Virus record (IMG/VR): IMGVR_UViG_3300028888_000135
Span: 1,006 to 65,005 of that record
DNA: 64,000 bases
From: a virus
Lineage: Duplodnaviria; Caudoviricetes
Direction: 5' to 3' (one strand)
The notes below the pieces were generated by a model that saw only the letters and a list, made by a program, of their open reading frames with translations, was not told the origin of the DNA and made no database searches. Positions 9,976-21,387 of this stretch are shown here, piece by piece. Both the position numbers and the translations under genes were made by a program. The first letter of the stretch is position 1; each line of letters begins with the position of its first letter.

Positions 9976-11043
9976 TTAAACGAATATAAAATCAAGACTT
10001 TCATCTGTGCTATTCCATTGAAGTTCTACGTTGTCTTGTACACGATAAATATTCGCGCGAATGGTGCCAGTAGAAGGTTGAACTGCTATATTATTATTAT
10101 AATAGACTACATTCGTTAAATTATTGGTCGCTGCACCGGTTGACGAATTAACAGAACCAGAATAAGTAAGTAAAATTTTGTTCCAACTATCAGTAGTAGT
10201 TGAATTTTGTGTAACTGCTGTATTTATCCAGGGCACATTAACAAACATTCTACCAGCTTTATCCATTTCAACCGCGTAATATTTTTCCTCGTAAGTAGTA
10301 ATTTCATTAACTGTAACTGCCGTGGCATTACTACCAGCAGTGGGGCCTGTGCTTGCGACAGTATGGTTATACCAAGGCTTTACAAGTCCTATAGCAGTAT
10401 TTGTTGCGATTGTATCGGGAATTGTTACCGTTCTATCTGTTCCACTAACTTGACCCGAAGTTGCTTGTAAAATTTGCTGAATAGTAAATGTACTACCAAA
10501 TCCGGGCGTTTGATTTCCAGTTGGTTTTCCAGTAAAAGATGTATAGGTTTGATGCGCGGTTAATACTTTAGAACCACCAGAATACAAGCATCCATCAGTT
10601 CCAACATAAGCGGTATCATGTGAATAAGTTACTGGATTAGCACTTTGTTCTGTAGCACCAATTAAATAAATTTTACTTGAAGTGTCAGTTGAACCAGCAG
10701 TATTTTTGGTGTTAGTATCAGACCAAGGAACATTTACAAACATTCTACCATCTTTATCCATTTCAACCGCATAGTATTTCCCAGCATCAGTTGTAATTCC
10801 ATTTACTGTAATAGCAGTAGAGTTATTACCAGTAGTAGGTCCGCTACTTGCCGCAGAATGATAATACCACGGTTTTACTATACCAGCAACGGTGTTGGTA
10901 GCAATACTAATATTAACAGTATCATCAGCTGGCGTTAAATAAAGTTCATTAGCATTAATCTGGTTATTAGCTAATGCGGTATTATATTGTGATTGAGTTA
11001 AATAATTTATTTTTAAAGGAGATACATCTGTTGTAGTTGCCAT
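9976..11043 (-). CDS. Tail fibre-like protein with an internal ~60-aa duplication
   Basis: IATNT..G.VKPWY...KYYAVEMDK.GRMFVNVPW occurs twice. Confidence 0.7.
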   Translation of the reverse strand: MATTTDVSPLKINYLTQSQYNTALANNQINANELYLTPADDTVNISIATNTVAGIVKPWYYHSAASSGPTTGNNSTAITVNGITTDAGKYYAVEMDKDGRMFVNVPWSDTNTKNTAGSTDTSSKIYLIGATEQSANPVTYSHDTAYVGTDGCLYSGGSKVLTAHQTYTSFTGKPTGNQTPGFGSTFTIQQILQATSGQVSGTDRTVTIPDTIATNTAIGLVKPWYNHTVASTGPTAGSNATAVTVNEITTYEEKYYAVEMDKAGRMFVNVPWINTAVTQNSTTTDSWNKILLTYSGSVNSSTGAATNNLTNVVYYNNNIAVQPSTGTIRANIYRVQDNVELQWNSTDESLDFIFV

Positions 11044-11058
11044 ATTATTTACCTCCTT

Positions 11059-11814
11059 TTATGATAATGCGGCATTGCCATATGCGGTTTGATAAATGCG
11101 GCTATAAGCATTTGAATCTCCTGCATATATATGCCAAGTAAAAGTAAGAATAGTATTTGTTGGATCTATATAGTTCATTGCATCTACTGGGAAATAAGAA
11201 GCATGAGCACGAACAGAGATACTGCTTACTTGCAAATTAAAATAATCTTTACTTGCATTAGTATAACTTATTGTTGGAGTGTTATTAGAATAAACGCCAT
11301 AACTGGTAGTGGTTGAATAAGTTCCATCAGTTTTTTTATATAATAAAACTGTCTGACAGGTTATATAGCTACCACCATAACTTTTTGAAGTGTTTAATTC
11401 TCCAGTATTAGATATAGTATAATTTTTTCCATATTGATAATCTTTACATATACCAGTTTTTATTCCATGAATTAAACCATTCATTACACTATCAGATTGT
11501 GTATATGCATATTCAATTTTCCCTTCTCCTATACAGACATAATCATATAAATCTCTATCAATTATTGTTCCATCATAATCTTCTCCAATTCTAAAAATAG
11601 TAATTGAAGTAGAAGGAGAAGTGGTATAAGTGGTGGCTGGCAAAGTTAAAGTTTGAGAAGTAGTAGAAACGGTTAAAGAACTATAATTAGTATCTGACAA
11701 AGGGAAACTAAATGTTTTTTCTGCAATTAATTTACTATTTCCCATATATCCTAATTGATTTCCAGGTTGTAATCCTGTTACATCTACTTTATTTGTGCCT
11801 AAATATATTGCCAT
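11059..11814 (-). CDS. Tail-associated protein
   Basis: MAIYLGTNKV N-terminus; T/S/Y-rich; module context. Confidence 0.55.
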   Translation of the reverse strand: MAIYLGTNKVDVTGLQPGNQLGYMGNSKLIAEKTFSFPLSDTNYSSLTVSTTSQTLTLPATTYTTSPSTSITIFRIGEDYDGTIIDRDLYDYVCIGEGKIEYAYTQSDSVMNGLIHGIKTGICKDYQYGKNYTISNTGELNTSKSYGGSYITCQTVLLYKKTDGTYSTTTSYGVYSNNTPTISYTNASKDYFNLQVSSISVRAHASYFPVDAMNYIDPTNTILTFTWHIYAGDSNAYSRIYQTAYGNAALS

Positions 11815-11818
11815 TTAA

Positions 11819-14455
11819 TCACCACCTTATTATTTGTGCAGAAACAGTGCTTACTGTTCCTAAAGTATATGTTATTGCATTATTTGTTACACTCATTCCT
11901 GTTACAACATTGCCACTACCACTAGATGTCACGCTTACTGCCGCGGGTAAATCAGCCCAAGTAGGGGCTTTAGCTGAGCCATTTGATTTCAAATATTGCC
12001 CTGAAGTACCACTAGAAGTTGGAGCATAAATAGAAATACTCCCTACAACAGCTCCGTTAATATTATATGCAAGTGATGCCCATGAAGGTTCGCCAGAACC
12101 ATTTGATTTTAAATAATATCCAGAAGTTCCTGGTCCGGTAGGAGCGTAAAAACTTGCGGTAGAACCCCCAGCTGAAGTGCCATTTAATGTAACTTTAGTG
12201 CCACCTGCATAAGTACTCGCTTCTGTTACAACGCCAGCACTAGAAATATAAACGGGCTTGGTTGTACTACCAATATCTGCAGAAGGAGCAGCGCTATTTA
12301 GTGTTACTAATAAACCAGTTTGATTTGGTAATGTATGCGTATAATCAGTTGTAGTAGATTTACCTACTATAATATGTGATTTAGTCGCCGCAGAATAAAT
12401 GTTGATTTTTCCTTCAGAGTGGGCGGTTGTACTAGTTACATTTGTTGAATTACCTAAACTTAATACATCATAAGCATTACCATTTGCTGAAGTGGAAGAA
12501 GCAGTAGTTAATGTAATAGTACCATTTGTTAAAACTTTGGTACTAGGATTATATGATAAAGTTGTAGCATAGTTTGTTTCATAAGTATTGCCGCTAGTCG
12601 GTGAAGCGGCGGTTGTCATTAACAATTTATATGCCGCGCTTGTTGTTGATGAATTTTGTTTGACTTTTTCATCGGTATTATCGCTGCTTGGCAATGAAAC
12701 TGTGATTGAAGATATACCAGTTACATGCCCTGCTTCATCTATGGTAATTTTAGGTATATTAAAAGTAGAGCCACGAGAGCCAGTTTGATTTGAAGTAGGA
12801 CCATTATTTGTAATACTAGAAGGTACTAAGTGAGCAATTTTTAATTCATCACTTCCAGCAGTATCACTATTTGTACCAGCAAGAACAACCCACTTATTTG
12901 CCGCAGTTAATTTTAGATTTTCGCTATAATTACTGGCAACCACAGCAGTTGTATTTCCAGTTAAAGCAGAAGTTGTTGATGCATTATTAGTAGGCGTAAT
13001 TTTTCCATATCCAGCATCTCGGCTATTTGTATAACATCCACTTGGAATTGTGCCACTTAACTTAGCTGCATCTAAAGTAGAAGAAGCTGTTAATGGTGTA
13101 ACTGCACTTCCATAATCAGAAATATGTCCTTGTGCATCTATTTTTATTGGATAGACCGCTAAGGTTGTTTGTGCATTTACAGAATTAGAGTGACTTATTG
13201 TGGTACCACTTATTGATAATCCTTTCTCAGCAGTATCTATTTTTCCGCTTACATCGGGAATATCAGAAGTCAAAGCAACTGTACCAGTTTTATTTGGTAA
13301 AGTTATAGTTTGATTTGAGGTAGGAGCTCCCGCTTGTAAACCAACATAATACGCAGTAGTTCCATATAATCTAATAACACCTTCTTTCCCGCCTGTAGAT
13401 GAAGTAGCAGTTGCATTACCTAAATCTAATCTCGCAAGACCTCCAGTAGTATTATCTGCTGATACATATGCCTTGACAGAAGCGTGCTTGCTTAGCCCTC
13501 CAGTAGCGGTAGAAGAACTTGTGCTACCGGTTAAATAATAAGTAGTTGCTGCAGTAACAGCAGTATTAGTAACACTTACATCTGTATTACTAACTGTATT
13601 TTTAATAGTAATAGTTTTAGTGCTTGTATTATCTTCTAAAGAAATACCCGTTCCTGCTGCTAAAGTAAATTCAGAAGTTGAGGTGCCAGTACCACTTCCA
13701 CCCGCGGTTAAAGTAGATGTAAATTTGTGGGAACTTAATGCTCCACTTAAACTATAAGTAGTATTAGTGTCGGTATAACAGCTGGTAGGAATTGTTCCTG
13801 TTAGCTTAGCAGCATTTAAATCTGAAGCAGCTGTTAATGGAGTAATAGTATTACTTCCTAAAGTAATGACTCCACTTGCTATTTTAGCATCAGTAATACC
13901 ATAACCGCTAAGTGTGGTTGCTTTTAAAGCGTAGGAACTTTCGTCACCAAGTAAATTCCATTTACTATTGCCCCACACATATTCTTGAGAGCCATACAAC
14001 ACAACATCACCTGCGGCCGCGGTTACATTTGAACTTCCTATTTTTACGGTAGCGGTCGTATTTGCAGTTCCAGTAGAAATATTTGTAGTTGTAACACCTA
14101 GAAAATGCATAGCATTTGATAAGCCTAAATCTGCGAGTGTAACCGCGCCAGTTTTTCCTGCGATACTAGTTACACCAGTACTAGAAGTTAAATATGTATT
14201 AGTATCTAAACTCCAAGTATCCTCGCCAGTTTTTTTCAAAAAGCCCGAAGTCCCAGTTAAATTTTCTATTGCTTGTAAATTAGTAGCCCCACCTATATCC
14301 GAAAGTGCTATTGTTTCTTCTGGCACTACATATAAAGCATTTGCATCAAAGCTATAAATTTTACCGCCAATATTAAGAGTACGTCCTGCTGTTAATGTTT
14401 TATATTGACTATCAGTTAGGGTGATAATTTTTTCCAAATTTGCCACAATTCTCAC
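11819..14455 (-). CDS. Long tail fibre protein (GTG start, possibly 14446)
   Basis: 878 aa, T/S/A/G-rich; VTSIAGKTGAVTL and YLKSNGSG.P.W fibre motifs. Confidence 0.75.
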   Translation of the reverse strand: MRIVANLEKIITLTDSQYKTLTAGRTLNIGGKIYSFDANALYVVPEETIALSDIGGATNLQAIENLTGTSGFLKKTGEDTWSLDTNTYLTSSTGVTSIAGKTGAVTLADLGLSNAMHFLGVTTTNISTGTANTTATVKIGSSNVTAAAGDVVLYGSQEYVWGNSKWNLLGDESSYALKATTLSGYGITDAKIASGVITLGSNTITPLTAASDLNAAKLTGTIPTSCYTDTNTTYSLSGALSSHKFTSTLTAGGSGTGTSTSEFTLAAGTGISLEDNTSTKTITIKNTVSNTDVSVTNTAVTAATTYYLTGSTSSSTATGGLSKHASVKAYVSADNTTGGLARLDLGNATATSSTGGKEGVIRLYGTTAYYVGLQAGAPTSNQTITLPNKTGTVALTSDIPDVSGKIDTAEKGLSISGTTISHSNSVNAQTTLAVYPIKIDAQGHISDYGSAVTPLTASSTLDAAKLSGTIPSGCYTNSRDAGYGKITPTNNASTTSALTGNTTAVVASNYSENLKLTAANKWVVLAGTNSDTAGSDELKIAHLVPSSITNNGPTSNQTGSRGSTFNIPKITIDEAGHVTGISSITVSLPSSDNTDEKVKQNSSTTSAAYKLLMTTAASPTSGNTYETNYATTLSYNPSTKVLTNGTITLTTASSTSANGNAYDVLSLGNSTNVTSTTAHSEGKINIYSAATKSHIIVGKSTTTDYTHTLPNQTGLLVTLNSAAPSADIGSTTKPVYISSAGVVTEASTYAGGTKVTLNGTSAGGSTASFYAPTGPGTSGYYLKSNGSGEPSWASLAYNINGAVVGSISIYAPTSSGTSGQYLKSNGSAKAPTWADLPAAVSVTSSGSGNVVTGMSVTNNAITYTLGTVSTVSAQIIRW

Positions 14456-16890
14456 CTCTGTACATAATTATTTGCGGTGTTGAACAAGTTGGCAAAATTT
14501 GTTTGTTCAACCCAATTTCCATTTATTTTTTGATACACTTTACTACAAGCTACCCAATTATTATTTATTTTTAAATAAATAATCGGTCCTCCGCCCGCAG
14601 AAGCACATGTAACATTTATATTATGCGTTGCTGTAATATTGGATAAGCGATAAACATAATTTACTATAGTATTATTTTGTTTATCTACACCTTCATAGTA
14701 TTCTAATGACGATGTTTTATCTACATTATTATCCGTTAAAGTAACTGTTGCATTATTATTATTTGGTATAATAGTTATATGATAAGAATCTCCTTCAAGA
14801 ACAACTAATTGTCCGTCTGGATATAACTTCGCATTACTTCCTGTACTAGTCACAAAGTAATAATTTACATCACCAAATATAAAAATTAAACTATGTTTTT
14901 GTTGTATATTTGTAAGAGTGTATGTATATTCTCCACCCGCGCTAGTTGCTTCTATATTTAAAATTTTCCATTGTAAAGAATCATTGCCACTATCACTAGC
15001 TTGGTCTTTGGCATATTTAATATCAATATAATGTTCACCCATAGGGATTTCATAAGTAAGAGTTTTTACTGTTGTAGTTGAATCGGCTGCTGCTGCGCAC
15101 ATATAATAATAATTATTAGGGTCATCTGGACTAGCACTGCTACTAGCATAAGTATTACCAGTAGTAGTAACAGTAGTATCTATTTTTCCAAACATTCCGT
15201 AGTCAGCTTGTGATTCACCTTGATTTATATATTGAATTGTAACTAAAACATCAGATTCTAAATTAAAATGTACTCTTGCTACTGATGCTGAAGAACCCAC
15301 TCCATTATTAGTTGATACATAATATCCAGTACTACTATTTAAATTAAATCCATATGATGCTCCACTAACTTGTGTTGTTACAGTATAAGTATTATTTGGT
15401 GTTCCGCCAACTAATTGACTTGTTATGTCAACACCATTATCTAAAGCCAATGTTAATTGTGGGTCACTAGGAGTAATAGTAATTGTTTCGGTTGTACCTG
15501 CTTCTATACGAGTTGTACCATTATTTGGCGAAGTAGTAGCATTAATTGAAGAAATTGTAAGTGAATAATAAGTTTTTTGCGGGTCTTCCTCTGGAGGAAT
15601 AAAAGCCCCCGCTTGTTCTATTACAATAGTATGGTCAGCATTTACATTTGTTAAGGTATAGGTATAATAATCTTCTGATGGTGTTGTATATTCAACAGAC
15701 CAAGTAATACCTAACATGCGGCCGCCATAATATCCAACTTCAAATCGTAATTGGGCATCTTGCAATTCTTCTACAGTCCAAGTTCCAGGGTTGGTTACTG
15801 TAACAATGCTATTTGATGTAGAAGTAAAATTCTGTATAGAACCTTTTGCTGTAGAACCAGAATAGCACTGAAAACGCGCAACGTGAGAAGTATCAATAGT
15901 AGCATTTTCGCGCGCACCATATACTTTTACAGTTACATCTGTAATAGTAGCACTTGCGGGTATAGAACTAAAATCAAATGTATAATTTATCCAGCCAGTA
16001 GCTCCATCTGGTTTTACATAAGTGTTAGAAGTGTTAGAAGTTGAATATGGATTTTCTGCTGAATGCCCTATTGCGTATTCTAGCCAACTAGTGCTTGTTG
16101 TACTAGAACTTTGATAAAAATTACTTCCTGATTCAGAGAAGCCTGTTGTAAATGTTTCCTCTGGTACAGCAGTTTTTGTTCCACTTTCGCCACCTTGATG
16201 TTTTTGTAATAATGCTGTAACATCATTATCATTATCTGTTACTTTTATATCTTCTACACTTAAACTGCCTGTCATAATGGTAAAAATTTGATCTCCACCA
16301 TTCATAACATTTTCGGCTAATGGAGAAATTGATACGCCATCTACTTCGCTTACAGCAGTAAGAGTATATTGTGTTCCAGAAATAGAATAATTTATTGTTA
16401 ATGTAGCGCCATAGAAGTATAAATATGCGGCACGGGTTGTATTACTTGTTCCACGAGTTCCCGTATAACGAACTTGAATATCATCAAGTTCTGCTCTAGT
16501 CCAAGAACCAGGAGTTAATGTATAAGCAGTAGCAGTAGTAGTTCTTGCACTAGTACTGCTTCCTTTAGCAGTAGAATTTGTATAAAGTTGAAGGACTGCA
16601 GTTGAAATATAGTTTGTACTACTTACTCTAGCTTTAGCAGAGCATGTAATTGAATCAATTGTAGCATTATCTGGTACATCAGAAACATCAAATGTATAAG
16701 AAATATAAGTAGTAGCATGTGAGCCGGTATTACAAGTAATATAAGCATAGCTTGTAGAACTTGCGTCAGTATAACCATTTGTTACTGGATAGCTACTACT
16801 TATACTTGAATAAGAAGAATTAGCACTACTATAACCCGAAGGGGTAAGAGTAACGCTGTCTTGAATATTAATAACTTGTGACATTCTCAC
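14452..16890 (-). CDS. Beta-sandwich repeat virion/adhesin protein
   Basis: Repeated YTF D.S.(V/I)P..ATI modules and YTL.N(V/I)...H repeats. Confidence 0.65.
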   Translation of the reverse strand: MRMSQVINIQDSVTLTPSGYSSANSSYSSISSSYPVTNGYTDASSTSYAYITCNTGSHATTYISYTFDVSDVPDNATIDSITCSAKARVSSTNYISTAVLQLYTNSTAKGSSTSARTTTATAYTLTPGSWTRAELDDIQVRYTGTRGTSNTTRAAYLYFYGATLTINYSISGTQYTLTAVSEVDGVSISPLAENVMNGGDQIFTIMTGSLSVEDIKVTDNDNDVTALLQKHQGGESGTKTAVPEETFTTGFSESGSNFYQSSSTTSTSWLEYAIGHSAENPYSTSNTSNTYVKPDGATGWINYTFDFSSIPASATITDVTVKVYGARENATIDTSHVARFQCYSGSTAKGSIQNFTSTSNSIVTVTNPGTWTVEELQDAQLRFEVGYYGGRMLGITWSVEYTTPSEDYYTYTLTNVNADHTIVIEQAGAFIPPEEDPQKTYYSLTISSINATTSPNNGTTRIEAGTTETITITPSDPQLTLALDNGVDITSQLVGGTPNNTYTVTTQVSGASYGFNLNSSTGYYVSTNNGVGSSASVARVHFNLESDVLVTIQYINQGESQADYGMFGKIDTTVTTTGNTYASSSASPDDPNNYYYMCAAAADSTTTVKTLTYEIPMGEHYIDIKYAKDQASDSGNDSLQWKILNIEATSAGGEYTYTLTNIQQKHSLIFIFGDVNYYFVTSTGSNAKLYPDGQLVVLEGDSYHITIIPNNNNATVTLTDNNVDKTSSLEYYEGVDKQNNTIVNYVYRLSNITATHNINVTCASAGGGPIIYLKINNNWVACSKVYQKINGNWVEQTNFANLFNTANNYVQR

Positions 16891-16896
16891 CCCTCC

Positions 16897-19800
16897 TTAT
16901 TGTTGTATATAAATATCACCATTACTTCCTAATGAAGATGATGGAGCAGAGCTACCAGTATAATAATTATTTATTATCAAATCACCAGTAATTAGTCTTC
17001 CGTCAACATAAGCAGTATCACCATTTACTATACTGTGTGTTGTGGCTGTTGCATCACTAGTAAATGTTCCAGTAATTGTAGCAACACAGTCATCATCTAA
17101 TTCATCACCAACTTTAACGGTTACTCCAGATTTTATATTCGCGGCAGTAAGTCCAGAAATTTGGACAGCTTTAACAGTCATATTACCAGTTAAATAAGTA
17201 CCGCTTGTTATAATCTCGTCTGTTGTTGAAGGTGAAATAATTCTCGCGCCCTGTGTAGCGACTGTTGCAGTTAAAGAAACTGAACTATTACCCGCAGTAC
17301 CTGCGCTTATATAGCCAGCAGTAGTAACGTTTGGAGTAACACTTATTGTTTTTGTAAGAGTTAAAGTGTTAGTACCAGTAGAGATACTTGCGGTTGTACC
17401 ACTAATCGTTGATGGCGCTGTGACGCTACCATTCGGCGTAGCACTAATTGTATAATATCCACCCGTAGAATTATACCCCGGAGGAATATTAATGTACTGA
17501 TTTGACGTACTTCTACCAATTGTTGCTTTAGATGTATATCCAGAAGTTGCTGATGATGCCGCAGAAGTCGGTAATGTCATCGTAGTTACTGATTTTGTTG
17601 CTTGGCTAGCATAATAGCCTGCTGGTACAGTCACTGTCGCACCAGATGCCGTCAAATTAGTTGAAGAACGTCTTGTAATTGCAGACCCTACATAAGAAGA
17701 AGAAATGGCTCCAATTTTTATTGCGCCCAGTGTATAGACATTTGCTGCGACTGCCGTTTGTTCTGATTCAGTTGGCGTAATAGTGGCGCCTTCTTGTGTA
17801 GTTAATTGAAGAGTCTTACTGGCTGTTTGAGCGCCTGCATACCATCCTGCTTTGTCTGCGGCAATAGTGGACGTACCAGTTACAATTCCTTGAGTTGTAT
17901 CTATTGTCATAGTAGGAGATAATAAGTCTCTTCGGGCCATTGTATAAGTCGCTGCCGCACTATAATATCCTGCAGGAGCTGTTATTACATTAGAAGAAGC
18001 AGTTAAATCAGATGAAGCTCTCCGAGTAATTCCAGAACCCACGTAAGTTGAAGAAATAGCGGTTATAGTGACTTCTCCTAAGCCTGTGTAATCTTCATCT
18101 GCATTAATAACTTGTTCACTTTCTGTAGGTGTGACGGTTTTGTCTTGATTATTAATTGTTGAACCAGTTGGAACCGCTACACTAACAGTGGCATAATTTG
18201 TAACATCAATATTTGTGCCATTTGAAGTTATTGACTTATTTCCACTGACTAATTCACTTGCTGATACTGTTACTGCGGTGCCACTTTTTGTCCCACTAGT
18301 TATATAACCTTCTGTATATGAAATAGAAGGTCTAATATTAATAGAATGGTTACTTACTGTTCCTTTAGAAGCTGTAGGATAATCCACGCTACCATTAGCG
18401 ACAGATTTTGTAGCTTGTTCAGAATAGTACCCAGCGGGAACAGTAACTGTCGCACCAGATACTGTTAAATTAGATGAACTTCTTTGCGCTATGCCACTAC
18501 CAATGTAAGTGCTAGAAATTCCTTCAACAGTTACAACACCCAATCCAGTATATCCAGAATCCGCTGATATAGATTGTTCAGATTCGGTTGGTGTCACAGT
18601 TTTATCTTGATTATTGATTGTATCGCCAGCTGGTGGCTCATAAGTTCCAGTTACTCCAAAAATAGAAATATTCTTTTTAATATTTCCTGCAACCAAGTTA
18701 GAATCGCCCAAAATAGTTTGTTTTCCTGTTAAATAGGTTCCTGCGGCAATTATTTGGCTAGTTGTGGTTGGAGTATAGCTGGTTGCGCCTTTAGTTGTAA
18801 CATTAGCAGTTAATGAAACCGAAGCATTGCCAGCAGTTCCACTTGAAACATATCCTGCGGTTGTAACGTTTGGTGTAACGGAAATTGTTTTAGTTAGCGT
18901 AATAGTATTTGTTCCATTACTCACTGTCGCAGAAGAGCCAGAAATAGATGCCGGTGAAGTTACAGCACCACTTGGCATTGCATTTATAGTTACTGTACCT
19001 AAACCACTATAACCTGAATCCGCAGTTATAATTTGTTCAGAAGTTGTAGGCGATATTGTTTTATCTTGATTGTTTATATCGCTACCAATTTGTACATTAA
19101 CATTTTTATAATTTGTGACATCTTTAGTGCCATTTGAAGTAATGGAAAGTGTTCCACTAACTAATTCGCTTGCGGTGACTGAAACTGCGGTTCCAGTTTG
19201 TGTAGACCCTATAATATAACCAGTGGTATTGGTAACACTTGGAGTAATAGATATAGAGTGATTAGTAACCGCGCCTTTTGAAGCAGTAGGAGTACCAGCA
19301 GTACCACTACTCACACTTTTAGAAGCAGAAACTGAATAATATCCGGAAGGCACAGTAATTGTGCTTCCTGAAACTGATAAATCGGTAGAATCTCTTAAAT
19401 CTATTTCAGAACCTATATATGTAGAAGAAATAGGTTGTATTGTAACATTACCTAATCCAGTATAGCCATTATCTGCTGATATTATTTGTTGAGATTCTGT
19501 AGGAGTAATTGTTTTATCTTGATTATTTATTACAGAGCTTGCAGAAATATTTACATTTACACTAGCATAGTTAGTAACATCTTTTATACCATTTGATGTA
19601 ATTGATAATGTGCCACTAACCAATTCACTTGCACTAACAGATACTGGATTTCCAGTAATTGTACTACCAGTAATATAACCTGTAGTATTAGTTACAGTTG
19701 GAGTGATGTTTATTGTATTATTGCTCACACTTCCTTTCGTAGCGGCAGGGGTTCCTGCCGTACCATTTGGTACGGCAGAAATTTTATAATAAACATTAGA

Positions 19801-20097
19801 ACTATTATAACCAGTTCCTATATTAATATATCTATCAGAAGAAGTACTTATAGGAATTGTTGCTTTTGCAGTATAACCGCTAGAAGCACTAGAAGAAGGT
19901 TCTGTTGGAAGTACCAAAGCTGGCATAGCATTAACTGTAATATTTTGAGTTAAAAGCTTGTTTGTTGTTGATAAGACAATATTTGTAGTTGCTGGATTAA
20001 TAGTATAATTACCAGTATAAGTTTCATATCCGCCTGAGTATACTAGTTTAGTAGGTGCTATACGTTTTCCATTTAAATAAAGTGGCATATTATGCAC
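16897..20097 (-). CDS. Highly repetitive tail fibre protein
   Basis: INNQDKT(I/V)TPT...ISAD.GYTGLG.VT occurs four times, plus further T/S-rich repeats; ends with APSSSLGSNGDIY. Confidence 0.75.
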   Translation of the reverse strand: MHNMPLYLNGKRIAPTKLVYSGGYETYTGNYTINPATTNIVLSTTNKLLTQNITVNAMPALVLPTEPSSSASSGYTAKATIPISTSSDRYINIGTGYNSSNVYYKISAVPNGTAGTPAATKGSVSNNTINITPTVTNTTGYITGSTITGNPVSVSASELVSGTLSITSNGIKDVTNYASVNVNISASSVINNQDKTITPTESQQIISADNGYTGLGNVTIQPISSTYIGSEIDLRDSTDLSVSGSTITVPSGYYSVSASKSVSSGTAGTPTASKGAVTNHSISITPSVTNTTGYIIGSTQTGTAVSVTASELVSGTLSITSNGTKDVTNYKNVNVQIGSDINNQDKTISPTTSEQIITADSGYSGLGTVTINAMPSGAVTSPASISGSSATVSNGTNTITLTKTISVTPNVTTAGYVSSGTAGNASVSLTANVTTKGATSYTPTTTSQIIAAGTYLTGKQTILGDSNLVAGNIKKNISIFGVTGTYEPPAGDTINNQDKTVTPTESEQSISADSGYTGLGVVTVEGISSTYIGSGIAQRSSSNLTVSGATVTVPAGYYSEQATKSVANGSVDYPTASKGTVSNHSINIRPSISYTEGYITSGTKSGTAVTVSASELVSGNKSITSNGTNIDVTNYATVSVAVPTGSTINNQDKTVTPTESEQVINADEDYTGLGEVTITAISSTYVGSGITRRASSDLTASSNVITAPAGYYSAAATYTMARRDLLSPTMTIDTTQGIVTGTSTIAADKAGWYAGAQTASKTLQLTTQEGATITPTESEQTAVAANVYTLGAIKIGAISSSYVGSAITRRSSTNLTASGATVTVPAGYYASQATKSVTTMTLPTSAASSATSGYTSKATIGRSTSNQYINIPPGYNSTGGYYTISATPNGSVTAPSTISGTTASISTGTNTLTLTKTISVTPNVTTAGYISAGTAGNSSVSLTATVATQGARIISPSTTDEIITSGTYLTGNMTVKAVQISGLTAANIKSGVTVKVGDELDDDCVATITGTFTSDATATTHSIVNGDTAYVDGRLITGDLIINNYYTGSSAPSSSLGSNGDIYIQQ

Positions 20098-20281
20098 CTC
20101 CAGTTAAATCTATTAATTCTATTTTAGGACTTTTTTCATTCCAATCATATTTTTCTCCTCTGGTCACTAATGAAACTTCTGTATTGCCGTTTGACGCGGT
20201 TTTACTTTCATATGTAGTATCTTTAATATTACAAACGTCACCATTTGGCAATTTAATTTTGCTTATTGTATAATCAGCCAT
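20090..20281 (-). CDS. Small protein sharing its N-terminal motif with the upstream fibre gene
   Basis: ISKIKLPNGDVCNIKD vs ISQITLPSGTTYKIKD in 20305..21375. Confidence 0.6.
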   Translation of the reverse strand: MADYTISKIKLPNGDVCNIKDTTYESKTASNGNTEVSLVTRGEKYDWNEKSPKIELIDLTGGA

Positions 20282-20304
20282 TTTATCACCTTCCTAGTGA
20301 TAAA

Positions 20305-21375
20305 TTAAGAAACAGTAACAGTAGTATCAGTTTCTGTAATATTAGCAGTATAAGTATTTGGAACGGCGATATTACCAGTTACTAATCTTACACCTGTACC
20401 AGTAAAAGTGCCTTGACTTGTGATACTTCCATTTGGAGTGCCCGTAACAGATACATTACCTTCTGTTCCTGAAAATGCTCCAGTTGGTTCTTTAATTGTC
20501 GCAGTTGTAAGCATTGTACCAGTTCCCGTAAAGGAGGGTTGTGAAGATTGATATGCAGCATCTCCATCTTTAACATCTACATTTTCAGTAGTAATTGAAT
20601 CTCCAGTGGTATACCCTAATTGATAAAGACTTAAAGTTTCACCACTTACACTGTAGTAAGTAATAGCATTTGTCGGGGCTGTTGCTCCAGGTGCCGCAGC
20701 AACAACTGTCTTGGCTACTGTTACACTTGTAGGATTTTTAATTGTTCTAACATGTCCTGCTGTTTTTAAAGAAATAGTAGGAGCACTTACCGAACCCGCA
20801 GGAGTGTAATTTGCCGTACCATTTTGAGGAACAGCAGAGCCAGTCACCGCGAAAGTTTTGTTTGAAGTAGTTACAGTACCCGCCGGAGTAAATTTACCAG
20901 TAGAAGTTGTTGAACTACCAGCCCAAGTAATTCCTGACATTGAACCATCAGGAGTATAAGTTGCTTCTCCTGATGCTGCGGGAGCAACCGTAGCAGTTTT
21001 ATTTGTTGTTGCATTAGTTGTAACAGTAACGCTTGTGGCACGTTTATAAGTTCCAGAAGCACTATTTTTATAAGCTAATGACCCTAAAGACTCTAAACTG
21101 CCTAATGCGTGCCACTTACTATCATTACCATAAATAAATTCTTGAGTGCCATAGAAAAATAATTGTCCAGTTGCAGGAGTTTTTGTTTCACCGCCAACAG
21201 TCGGAGTTTGATTTCCGCCATCAGTTAACTCGGTAGTAGAAACACCAATAAAAACTACTGCATCTCCACCTGTTAAAGCTGCAATTTGATTGCGAGCTTC
21301 ATCATCTTTAATTTTATAAGTAGTACCAGAAGGTAGTGTAATTTGACTAATATATTGAGTTGTATTATCAGGCAT
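20305..21375 (-). CDS. Tail fibre-like protein
   Basis: T/G/S-rich with repeated YTP.GSV..P.FTGT motifs. Confidence 0.7.
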   Translation of the reverse strand: MPDNTTQYISQITLPSGTTYKIKDDEARNQIAALTGGDAVVFIGVSTTELTDGGNQTPTVGGETKTPATGQLFFYGTQEFIYGNDSKWHALGSLESLGSLAYKNSASGTYKRATSVTVTTNATTNKTATVAPAASGEATYTPDGSMSGITWAGSSTTSTGKFTPAGTVTTSNKTFAVTGSAVPQNGTANYTPAGSVSAPTISLKTAGHVRTIKNPTSVTVAKTVVAAAPGATAPTNAITYYSVSGETLSLYQLGYTTGDSITTENVDVKDGDAAYQSSQPSFTGTGTMLTTATIKEPTGAFSGTEGNVSVTGTPNGSITSQGTFTGTGVRLVTGNIAVPNTYTANITETDTTVTVS

Positions 21376-21387
21376 ATTAATTCACCC

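Noticed and set aside
10235-10905. DGR template/variable repeat pair (~175-nt repeats near 10235 and 10731)
   Set aside because: Both copies are in frame in the same protein, differences are not adenine-specific, and no RT is present. This is an internal domain duplication.
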